Counted from the stretch's first letter, positions 51,250-60,460 are shown. The stretch: 64,000 bases of DNA from Candidatus Heimdallarchaeota archaeon (GCA_018238155.1 JABCTZ010000032.1:192001-256000), one strand, 5' to 3'. Translations and numbers: made by a program. Notes: generated from the sequence alone by a model not told the origin.

Positions 51250-51531
51250 TTATTCCCATTTTCTATTATCATTAGGAGTAGTCAAGCGAGGGACTTGAAT
51301 AACTTCTCCACATTTCGGACAAGCGAAATGAAGATAGGTAATATCTCGCTTAACGTAAATGAACAAGTTGAATTGTCCGCATCTACCACAGAGACGCATA
51401 GTTTTCTGTAATTCGCGAATTTCATAACGCAAGAATAAAGCTTTCTTTTTACGGTCATCTTCTGTTTCTCTCCAAGGAGGATGATAAGAGCCATAGGACA
51501 TAAGTAGATCACACTTGAGAAATGGATCCAT
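51250..51531 (-). CDS. Small Zn-ribbon protein
   Basis: CGRC...CPKC; paralog of 49870-50121; start could be ATG 51501. Confidence 0.6.
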   Translation of the reverse strand: MDPFLKCDLLMSYGSYHPPWRETEDDRKKKALFLRYEIRELQKTMRLCGRCGQFNLFIYVKRDITYLHFACPKCGEVIQVPRLTTPNDNRKWE

Positions 51532-52072
51532 CCCATTAAACTGGTTAGCTTAAAGAGATACAAGAAAGTATTCATTTAGAGCTTTAAATACCATAATTCC
51601 TATTACTCTATTGAAGAATTGTATATTCTTTAAATCCCATAAACCTCTCTCCCTATATAAACTCCCTTTTCCTGAGACGAGGGCTCCTTTCTGCTCTCGT
51701 CCGGTTTAAAAAGCTCAAATCAATGTGGAATTTATTTTTAGAGAAATGATCAATTATTGACTTTTTCAAGTATGTGTTTTCCCATTTTTAATTAAAAAGA
51801 AGTTAAATACAAATATGATAAAGGAATGAAAAGAACTCTACTGAGAAAAAATAATTCTTGTAAGATACTGAAAAAATTATTTATTAGTGGATGGGGTTCC
51901 ACAATCTGAATACCCCATCCCATTTTTCCGTCTTCATATCTCGGGAGTGGAGAAGTGTATAACACCGAAGTGTTTTGAGAAACATTCACTTCTTCAAAGA
52001 AACACTAGGATTATCCATTAATTAATGTTCTCCGGAAATAATCAGACAAAATTAGTAGATTAAAAAGAAAAA

Positions 52073-52513
52073 GTGGGAGAGTACAATGGGATAAATATGA
52101 ATGACAACGAAGAAAAACAAATGTATACATTAAAAATAGAAGATGAAAAACTAATAGCATTTATGAGGGAGCTACAAGATAACCCTGAGATGGTCCTCAC
52201 TTGGTCAAAAGAAAGACAGAAATGGTATATACAAGGATTTTTTGATAGCAAGGGATCAGTATTCATTAATGACGAAGGACTGGTAATACTAGCCATAGAA
52301 AGTCGTAAACCGATAAAATTAGATCTAATCTCACAAATATTGAAAGAACGATTCAATATACAGTCTTTTGTTTTTCATTGTACGCATCTGGAAATATTAA
52401 CTGAACCCTCTCAGTTGCTAATGGCCGGTGTCTGGGATATGATAGAGTTCAATAAACAAATAGCTCATTCATCAAATAATGAAAGGGAGAGTTTTAGAGC
52501 AAAAAAGTATTAA
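52073..52513 (+). CDS. Single-motif LAGLIDADG-like protein
   Basis: WYIQGFFDSKGSV resembles the LAGLIDADG helix (YxxGFFDxEG), followed by a beta-beta-helix pattern. Confidence 0.6.
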   Translation: MGEYNGINMNDNEEKQMYTLKIEDEKLIAFMRELQDNPEMVLTWSKERQKWYIQGFFDSKGSVFINDEGLVILAIESRKPIKLDLISQILKERFNIQSFVFHCTHLEILTEPSQLLMAGVWDMIEFNKQIAHSSNNERESFRAKKY

Positions 52514-52835
52514 TTGTATGTGTTTGGTAAATTAAGGGCTATTGTTTTAAATGAAAATTAAAAGTGTCGATTATATTGGTACAATTGGAACGACTTCAAT
52601 ACACTAAAATTTTAAACCGAATCCTGATGCTGATAGTACATTCCTAAATATCAAATCAATTATATCAATTCTAGATGAGATTTGGTATCACAATTAATAA
52701 AAGTTGAAACAATTCTACTTTTTAGAAGTTTAAATAGTTTAATTCAGTATGCTATTATATGATAAAAAATAACCTAAAATATAGATGGCATAAATCTTTT
52801 AAGTTTTACAGACTATTTTTCATTGGGGAAAACTT

Positions 52836-54410
52836 TTGGTTAAAATCATGCAAACAGTATCTAGGTTTTTGAATATTGTCCTTCTCATTGGAGTGGTAGT
52901 TCTCTCATTTTCTCATCAAGTTCTTCCTTCTCTCAACACTAAAATCTCATTTCTAAATGTTGCTGCTGCTAGACCTGCAACTAATCTCACGTTACAGTTT
53001 AGTACTTTTCTTGGTGGGAGTGACCCAGATCATGGACGTAGTATTTCTACTACTGAGGAAGGGAATTGTTATGTCACAGGTTTGACAGAATCAACGGATT
53101 TTCCAACCAAGAATGCTTTTGACAGCTCACTTGGAGGGGATTTGGATGCTTTTGTTTCTAAATTTGCTGCAGATGGTTCCTTACTCTGGAGTACTTTTCT
53201 TGGTGGTAGTAATTGGGATCGTGGTTCTGCAATCACAGCTACTTCTGAAGGGAGCTGTTATGTTATGGGAACGACGAATTCAAGTGATTTTCCACTCCAA
53301 AATGCCTATAACAGTACATTTAGTGGTTTTGAAGATATTTTTCTAGCAAAATTCTCAGCAAATGGGTTGCTACTCTGGAGTACTTACCTCGGTGGGAAAA
53401 ACATGGACTTTGCATCTGACATCGCTGTTACTAATGATGGCAGCTGTTATGTGACTGGTGAAACATTATCTAGTGATTTCCCCACCAAAAACGCTTATGA
53501 TAGCACGTTTAATGACGGTTTTATTGATGCTTTCGTTGCCAAATTTTCAGTAAATGGTACCCTCCTATGGAGTACCTACCTTGGAGGTATTGGTATTGAT
53601 GGGGGTTTTGATATTGCCATTCTCAATGAGGGTAGCTGCTATGTCACAGGTTATACTGCTTCAACTGATTTTCCTACACAAAACGCTTTTGATTCCATTC
53701 ATAATGGTGATTTGGATATCTTTGTTACTAAGTTTGACACTAGCGGGTCACTCCTTTGGAGTAGCTTTATTGGTGGGATAGGGTGGGATGAAGCTTATGG
53801 GATTGCTGCTGCAAGTGATGGCAGTTGTTATGTGACAGGCTATACTGGTTCAATTGACTTTCCCACATTAAATGCTTATAGTAATATCTACGATAACTGG
53901 GGTGATGCGTTTGTTGTCAAGTTTGATTCTGATGGTACCTTGCTCTGGAGCACTTTTCTTGGTGGTAATGGTATTGATCGTGGGTATGATATTGCAGTAT
54001 CCATTGACGGGAGTTGTTACTTAGTTGGTGAGACTTCTTCCACTAATTTTCCTACCATGAAAGCTTATGATGCTTCTAAAAATGATGGGTTTGATGTTTT
54101 TGTTACTAAGCTTTCTTCGGATGGGTTTCTCTTTTGGAGCACATATCTTGGAGGAAGTCGTTCTGATAGAGGATTTGGTATTGCTGTTTCTGAGGAAGGA
54201 AGTTGTTATGTAACTGGGATTACTTATTCAGATGACTTTCCTACACAGAATGCTTTTGATAAAACCTATGTTGCTAAGAGTAATGGTTTCGTTACAAAAT
54301 TCATTGAACCTTTTCAACCTGCAACTTTTTCTAAATATTTTTATGGGTTCTTAGGATTCATGGTCGTCGTTTTGGTCTTAGTAATTTTCTTGTATTTAAA
54401 ACGGAAGTAA
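52836..54410 (+). CDS. SBBP (beta-propeller) repeat cell-surface protein
   Basis: About 7 repeats of LLWSTFLGG..D.G..IA...GSCYVTG.T.S.DFPT.NA; signal peptide; C-terminal TM + KRK. Confidence 0.88.
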   Translation: MVKIMQTVSRFLNIVLLIGVVVLSFSHQVLPSLNTKISFLNVAAARPATNLTLQFSTFLGGSDPDHGRSISTTEEGNCYVTGLTESTDFPTKNAFDSSLGGDLDAFVSKFAADGSLLWSTFLGGSNWDRGSAITATSEGSCYVMGTTNSSDFPLQNAYNSTFSGFEDIFLAKFSANGLLLWSTYLGGKNMDFASDIAVTNDGSCYVTGETLSSDFPTKNAYDSTFNDGFIDAFVAKFSVNGTLLWSTYLGGIGIDGGFDIAILNEGSCYVTGYTASTDFPTQNAFDSIHNGDLDIFVTKFDTSGSLLWSSFIGGIGWDEAYGIAAASDGSCYVTGYTGSIDFPTLNAYSNIYDNWGDAFVVKFDSDGTLLWSTFLGGNGIDRGYDIAVSIDGSCYLVGETSSTNFPTMKAYDASKNDGFDVFVTKLSSDGFLFWSTYLGGSRSDRGFGIAVSEEGSCYVTGITYSDDFPTQNAFDKTYVAKSNGFVTKFIEPFQPATFSKYFYGFLGFMVVVLVLVIFLYLKRK

Positions 54411-54779
54411 TTACATTCCTTCTTTTTGTTAAGAAGTGTTCTTTAAAAAAGTATTATATTAATTTAGCGTTTCTTTGTTACAGTTAATTGTCTAATATTC
54501 CTATATATTGAAAATTGAAATATTTTATTGATTAAAAGTCAATCATTATTTCAAGTTTCGCACATTCTCTGTTTACAAATAACTTTTATTTTGTTTAAAT
54601 ACAGCTCTGATGTTTTATTGACAATAAATGAATTATGAATGGATATTGTACTATAATAAAACAAGTCTATAGACTTAATTTACCTATTTAACCATTAAAT
54701 ACACAAAAAATTTAAATAATTTGTTTGAGCATGTCTTTATGAACATATTCGTTCAAAGAAAATAAATGGAGGGTTTATT

Positions 54780-55691
54780 ATTTCTAAATTTAAGAAAATA
54801 ATGAGTTTGTTTATTCTAGTTGTATTTTTATCAAGTGTTGTAGTGACTTTTCCAAATGTTCGAGGTGCAACAAATTTTAATGGAACAGTTGAAAGTGAAT
54901 ATAGCGACCCAATGAGTGGGGTTACAATTATTCTTGCTGATTGTTATTTCAATATCCTCGACACGACAACAACAAACGGTCAAGGAGATTATAGTTTCTC
55001 TGTGAATCTAAACGGTAACTCCCCCTATTATCTAACAGCTACAAAAAATTACCGTTGGGATACTGATATGGAAATTGTCTATTCTGGAGGAACATATGAT
55101 TTCGAGCTTGATGCAGTTACTGAGAAAATAGCTGTCTTTTTCTGGGCATCCAATGCATGTAATAATGATGAAATAATAGATGGTTACATAGATATTCTTG
55201 AGGATGAAGGTTATACAAAGTTTTACGAATTTAAAGATAGTTCAAATGTTGTTTCAGCTTGTCAAACAGTTGATAGTTATGAACGTGATGTCGATACTAT
55301 TTTCGTCTATATTTTTGGGCATGGACTTAACAGTGGTAGTCATTCTTATACAAATTTCTCGATATCCGGATCAACAGTTTATTCTAATGACTTCCAAGAC
55401 TATATGGACGCTTGGGAATCACCTCGGAAATGTTTGCTGGTCGAATCGTGCTATTCTGGTGATTGGGCAGATGATTTTAACGCTAATCCCTATTTAGCTA
55501 TGTCTACATCTGATGAAAATCATGTATCAAAATATTATACGACATATGAGGAAGGGAAATTTTCTCATTGGTTCTTTGTACGTGTTGATGCAGGATATTC
55601 TGCTGCAAATTCTTTCACTTATGCTGCTGGTATATGTACAACTCAATATCCGAAGAAGAAAGATAACTCAGCCTATACTTGGTTTAATTAG
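54780..55691 (+). CDS. Secreted protein: carboxypeptidase-regulatory-like domain + caspase/legumain-like (clan CD) peptidase
   Basis: FNGTV..PMSGVTI..TTTNGQGDYSF; IFVYIFGHG and LLVESCYSG His/Cys dyad. Start is ATT 54780 (SD-spaced) or ATG 54801. Confidence 0.75.
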   Translation: MSKFKKIMSLFILVVFLSSVVVTFPNVRGATNFNGTVESEYSDPMSGVTIILADCYFNILDTTTTNGQGDYSFSVNLNGNSPYYLTATKNYRWDTDMEIVYSGGTYDFELDAVTEKIAVFFWASNACNNDEIIDGYIDILEDEGYTKFYEFKDSSNVVSACQTVDSYERDVDTIFVYIFGHGLNSGSHSYTNFSISGSTVYSNDFQDYMDAWESPRKCLLVESCYSGDWADDFNANPYLAMSTSDENHVSKYYTTYEEGKFSHWFFVRVDAGYSAANSFTYAAGICTTQYPKKKDNSAYTWFN

Positions 55692-55905
55692 TGGAATAAA
55701 AGAAAGGTATGCTGTTAATTTTCTCTTTTTCTTTTTTCTATCAATTCTTATTAATACTGCTATAGTGATTGGTTAATATTCTAACAATAGAAATATCTCT
55801 TAATTAAAAATAATAAGAATAATAGTAAAAACGAATCCTGATTATACAATGATTCGTTGAACATAGTTATTATTTAATTACAACTAGGAAATAGCATGAA
55901 GATTT

Positions 55906-56193
55906 TTGAGAGAGAAAAGAAAGTCAATGTTTTACCAGTCATTGCAAATGATAATCCTCACTTGGACAAAGGAAAGACAGAAATGGTATATACGAGGATT
56001 CTTCGATGGTAAAGGATTAGTATACTTAAATGAAAATGGATTGGTAATACTAGCTGTGGAAAGTCACAAACCGATCAAGTTAGATCTTATCAAGCAAATT
56101 TTGAAAAAACGATATAATATTCATTCTCTAGTTTTTTATGGAGCTCACACAGAAATATTAGCTGAACCATCTAGAAATAAATCAGAAAGATAG
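55906..56193 (+). pseudogene. Second, truncated LAGLIDADG-like copy
   Basis: LTWTKERQKWYIRGFFDGKG...EILAEPS is highly similar to 52073-52513; similarity spans only ~55951-56172. Confidence 0.6.
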
Positions 56194-56574
56194 TTATATC
56201 CCAGTTTTGTTTCATACAATTCCGGATTCATCAGATCTGAGACGTTAAAGAATGACGCTGTAGCTATTCTTCCAATAATAATATCATCATAATTTATGAT
56301 CTTAATAACTTCCCCCAAAAAACTAGTATATAATTGAGACATTTTATAGGGGTTGGTTTTGCATGAAAGGTCAAGAATCATCAACCCCCCCACTTTTAGA
56401 ATCTTCTCGAAAAGCTAAGTAAGTGATATTTTCCTTCACAAAGATTTTCTTTATCTCGTTATTGTCTTTATATTGACCAACAATTTCGGGTTTGTGAATA
56501 TTTGTAATATTGACAACTTGCACACCTTGTGTGTCTGCTGCTAAATAAGCGTATTCTCCTTCAACATGAAACCC
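56145..56574 (-). pseudogene. LVIVD-repeat protein fragment with frameshift
   Basis: GFHVEGEYAYLAADTQGVQVVNITNIHKP...ITYLAF then, after a frameshift in a G7 run (56385-56391), GGLMILDLSCKTNP; no start codon. Confidence 0.7.
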
Positions 56575-56634
56575 CTATTTTATAGGGTACAATATTTAAA
56601 GCAAAATTATTAGACCCTCCACTCGTAACTACTT

Positions 56635-56922
56635 TCATATCGGAATCATAGTGTTCACATCCTGCGATAAGATATATGGCGAGTTTCCACTAAGTGTTAC
56701 ACTAAGACTATAATAACCCGCACTATTTGTTGATGTATATCCTATTATATTGAAGTAACTATCAGTAATCACTATACTTGCTCCACTAAGTGGATTATTA
56801 TCTTCATCTTTAACATATCCAGTAAAGTTTGATAACGCATGAACATCAATTACTGATACAACCATTCCCGTTAAAATAACAGCTAAAATTATACAATTAA
56901 TTCTCTTTCTCAGTTTAGAAAT
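56635..56922 (-). pseudogene. 5' remnant of a paralog of the 54780 secreted protein
   Basis: NFTGYVKDEDNNPLSGASIVITDSYFNIIGYTSTNSAGYYSLSVTLSGNSPY vs NFNGTVESEYSDPMSGVTIILADCYFNILDTTTTNGQGDYSFSVNLNGNSPY; truncated afterwards. Confidence 0.7.
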
Positions 56923-57253
56923 TTTAATCCCACCTATTTCTTTCCTTAAAGGAAAACCTTATTTTATTAATTAATTATATATTTATATACTTTTTTCACA
57001 ATTATGTATCCAAATCAATTTATTTTTGTTATTACAAAAAATCTCTTTTTCTTCTATTTAACTAATAAGCCAATATCAATACAAATTCCTCCTAGAAAAA
57101 TCAAGGACTTAATATTGGTGTGTTAATACAAATTAAATTGTCTAACATTGAGAAATAATTTTTGCCTTCAATATTTTAGAAAAGAAAAAATTGACTGTAT
57201 CAATTAATGGATATGTAAACTTATAACAGTATGCTTTTAGCTAAATGTTAAAG

Positions 57254-57934
57254 CTATTTTCGTTTTTTAAGTAAAATAATTGTGATGATAATTATAAATG
57301 TTATAGCTGGTAAGACAGCTACAAAGATCAAGAATCCAACATCAGCATAGGTGTGAGTAGATTGATTGTGTGTGTTATTAAATATTGCAACAAAGGCATC
57401 ACGTGTAGCACCTAAGTTATTATCAAAAGCATCTTTTGTTGGAAAATTAGAGGAATAAGTTGTACCCACAATAAAACACCTACCATCATTAGTAACATCA
57501 ATATTATTTCCTTCATCAACTTGACTCCCACCAAGATAGGTACTCCATAGAAGATTTCCTTTAAACGAGAATTCAGATACAAAGATATCAAATGCTCCTT
57601 TTAAGGTATCAGAATTAGCTTTCTTTATGGGGAAATCAGGTGAACCTGTATAGCCTGTAACATAACAATTTCCTACAGTAGAAATTTCTACAGCATAAGC
57701 TCTATCAACATCACACCCACCGAGAAATGAGCTCCATTGTAAAGAGCCTGTCGAATCAAATTTGACAACAAATGCATCACCCCATGAGCTGTATTTGTTA
57801 TCATAGGCTTTTTTTGTGGGAAAATCGTTAGAATTAGTATAACCAGTCACGTAAAGACTTCCATCAATTGCAGTTGCAATATCCCAAACCTCATCGCACA
57901 ACATACCACCAAAGAAGGTATTCCAAAGGAGAGA
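57254..57934 (-). pseudogene. 5'-truncated SBBP-repeat surface protein
   Basis: Three SBBP repeats plus TM and KKRK; the frame extends upstream only to SLLWNTFFGG; no signal peptide. Confidence 0.75.
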
Positions 57935-58185
57935 TCGGAGTTATTGATTTTGCAGATTTATCTGTTGGTAACCCGATGATTGATGTTACCAAAGTATATA
58001 TCGATCATATTGGTGATGGTGCTTTTCAAGCATGCGTTGATGGATACGGCGAAATACAATTAGACCAAGTGAAATTTTTTGCTCTTGGCTGGCTTACTTG
58101 GTTAATTCCTGCTTTATGGAAGAGAAATGATTCTCAAGAACGAGTAGAACGTTTAGCGCAAGTTTTTGACTCTATCTGGAGATAA
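57934..58185 (+). pseudogene. 3' fragment of an aminoglycoside phosphotransferase/kinase-like gene
   Basis: IGVIDFADLSVGNPMIDV motif; upstream HxD catalytic region absent. Confidence 0.6.
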
Positions 58186-58250
58186 TCTCAACTTAGAGTC
58201 ATTTTCTTGAACAAATTTTTTTCAGCGTGTCTGAAATGTGTTTTTTATCC

Positions 58251-58291
58251 GTAACCGAGATGTAGGTGTTCCAATCTCGGGTGACTAATCA
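58251..58291 (+). repeat. Degenerate copy of the tRNA-Tyr 3' half (att-like)
   Basis: GTAACCGAGATG..GTTCCAATCTCGGG vs tRNA GTGACCGAGATG..GTTCAAATCTCGGG (11/12 and 13/14 matching blocks). Confidence 0.6.
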
Positions 58292-58368
58292 TTAACACAT
58301 TTTTATTTTTGATTGAAAAACCTTATTTTTGTAAACGATTACTATAAGATATAGGGTTATGACTCAAA

Positions 58369-58725
58369 ATGGAATTTTCGAGATTAGCTGGGAAAACTGC
58401 TGCAGATAAGAACAGCAATAAATTGGGTAAAATAATTCGAATTGAAAATTTACTTGGAAAAACTGTTAAAAAACTCAAACCACATGCGATTGTTCTTGTG
58501 CATAGAGTGTTCAAATCAGATGTTTTTGTTCCCCTGGATATTGATCTTTTGATAAAAGATGAAGGTTATTTTGCATGGTTTGATATTTTGAAAGAAGATT
58601 TTGATAAAGATGCTAAACAACAAAGAGCTGTTAAGGGCGTAAGAGAAACATATGGGAAATTTGTTGATGCTCCTGGTAATTTAAAATATCCAATGAAACT
58701 ACCTAGGAATAGAAGAAAAGAATAA
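58369..58725 (+). CDS. PRC-barrel-like hypothetical protein
   Basis: FSRLAGKTAADKNSNKLGKIIRI pattern. Confidence 0.55.
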   Translation: MEFSRLAGKTAADKNSNKLGKIIRIENLLGKTVKKLKPHAIVLVHRVFKSDVFVPLDIDLLIKDEGYFAWFDILKEDFDKDAKQQRAVKGVRETYGKFVDAPGNLKYPMKLPRNRRKE

Positions 58726-58905
58726 ATTTCCAAAAACATTAATTTTCTAAGCTTTAGAAAAAAAACAACTAGGTTACTCCTACATCTTTTTAGATAAACA
58801 ATACGTGTTCAAATATTTAAACTCATAAATAGTCATTAAACTGATCTCTATCTATTAATGAATAACTATGTTCAAATCTTGGGTACTAGATCACTTGCTT
58901 CTGTA

Positions 58906-59376
58906 TCATTTTTGATTTTTTTCCAAATCGAGCAAGTGTTGGTATTGCCAATTGCGTTCCTTAGATGTGTTTGTTTTTGCAACGGAAGGCTCTGCAGCAT
59001 AAGTGATAGCTTTAGCGGCATAAGTAGCGGCGTGAACAGCATGACCGACAACATGAGCGGTTGCAGCAGAGTGTCCTGCAGCACGAGCAGCTGCGCAAGC
59101 TGCAGCTTGGTTAGTTTCACGTGCTGCTGCGTGGCTGGCGAATGCAGCACTACGTGCTTCGCTTATTGTTATTTCACTTCGTACCCAAGCACGTCCTGCT
59201 TCGATTGCTTTTCGAGGTCGCTTATCTTTCGGATATATCTCCTCGAAATATGTGAGTACATGCTCGGCGCAATCACTAGCCCAGAGCACTAATATTTTGT
59301 GATCCTGCTTGCTCACAAGTTCTGCAATCGATTTGCTTACTTTTGTATCTACAAATTTTATTCTTTCCAATTCCAA
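58906..59376 (-). CDS. Imm5-like putative immunity protein
   Basis: WASDCAEHVL..FE...P.D.RPR.AI, AARAAGHSAATAHV..HA..AA.YA, ERNWQ. Confidence 0.8.
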   Translation of the reverse strand: MELERIKFVDTKVSKSIAELVSKQDHKILVLWASDCAEHVLTYFEEIYPKDKRPRKAIEAGRAWVRSEITISEARSAAFASHAAARETNQAAACAAARAAGHSAATAHVVGHAVHAATYAAKAITYAAEPSVAKTNTSKERNWQYQHLLDLEKNQK

Positions 59377-59474
59377 ACCTTCTCGAAATTAATTAAGCAC
59401 TTTAGAAAAAAGAGGAAAAGAATGCACTTCATAAAACATTCTTTCTCTTACTGTTTTTTGAAAAAACAACTAGA

Positions 59475-60323
59475 TCATCCAAGTATTATTTTTTTAGCAA
59501 CTTTATCAGCATTTGGTATATTCATTACCCTATATAGGAAATCTCGAACATTTGCTGGTAACTTATCAAGAGTGGAATATGGTTTACCTTCAACTTGAGA
59601 TAAAAGTTCCATAATTGAAGTAATAACGAGAAATACGACTATGGCATTTCCGGGTTCTTTTGTTTTTCTAAACCTTGCAGAAACAGACCTATTTACTAGT
59701 TCAACAAAATCTTGACGAGCAGGGGTTATACCTTGACTGATAAGATTATGAACAATTTCATCTATTCCCCTTTTTGGACCGCTTCTCAAAGATTTATTTA
59801 TTTCTGAAATAAAGGTGACTAACTCAATATCAATTATAACTCCAACATTTGGTATGGGAACTCCCGTTTGCTGTGCATTTTGTTTTGCCATATTTGCTGC
59901 TTCAGCTATAATTGAGTCTGTTTTTCTTACCACTCTTATACTTATAAAAGCAAGAGGACATGCACCAAAAAATAATACCCCACCAAGTATCATGAAAACC
60001 ATTTGTAACGTTTCTGCATTTGGATTATTTGCTATGAAATCCACTCTTCCTGTTACTACGACCATTACAGTACTGATTAGAATTAAACTCACAAATATCA
60101 ATATTATAACAGAAAATACTTTCCTTCTTGCAAAATTCTTATCCAAAATGGCTTTGTCATTATCAGAAATCTTTGTTAGACACATTTCACAAAATCCCTT
60201 AGGAGAGCAATGATGACATATTACTTTTTTACATAATGCACATTGCTTTGGTTGAGTTACATTTCCTTCTCTAGTATTTTTTCCACAATTTGAACAAACG
60301 TATCTTACACTTACAGATGACAT
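59475..60323 (-). CDS. Membrane protein with N-terminal Cys-rich zinc finger
   Basis: Four CxxC pairs followed by two TM helices. Confidence 0.65.
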   Translation of the reverse strand: MSSVSVRYVCSNCGKNTREGNVTQPKQCALCKKVICHHCSPKGFCEMCLTKISDNDKAILDKNFARRKVFSVIILIFVSLILISTVMVVVTGRVDFIANNPNAETLQMVFMILGGVLFFGACPLAFISIRVVRKTDSIIAEAANMAKQNAQQTGVPIPNVGVIIDIELVTFISEINKSLRSGPKRGIDEIVHNLISQGITPARQDFVELVNRSVSARFRKTKEPGNAIVVFLVITSIMELLSQVEGKPYSTLDKLPANVRDFLYRVMNIPNADKVAKKIILG

Positions 60324-60460
60324 ATCTTGTTTTCATTCTCTATTGCTAAAAGTTTTTTCTTCAAAATCTATTATTGAATGATGACTTAGTAAAGCAATAT
60401 AACTTTCAATCTTTAGAAAAAAAATAATGCTATTTTTAAAGGAAATTAAACGATTTTCAT

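Larger units (their letters stand above)
49699..58291. mobile_element. Degenerate genomic island integrated at tRNA-Tyr (no integrase visible)
   Basis: Starts at the tRNA 3' end and finishes at a diverged copy of the tRNA 3' half; contains duplicated and truncated accessory genes. Confidence 0.55.

Noticed and set aside
51792-51989. 65-aa minus-strand ORF
   Set aside because: No recognisable motif; coincides with the hairpin block, which is better explained as non-coding
52990-54300. ~190-bp periodic repeats considered as CRISPR or DGR-like
   Set aside because: They are degenerate in-frame SBBP protein repeats; no identical repeats with spacers, no adenine-specific TR/VR pair, and no RT or cas genes
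58858-59292. Cys/Ser-rich 144-aa ORF resembling a metallothionein
   Set aside because: Antisense of the Ala-rich (GCA/GCT) Imm5-like gene, which generates TGC/AGC codons
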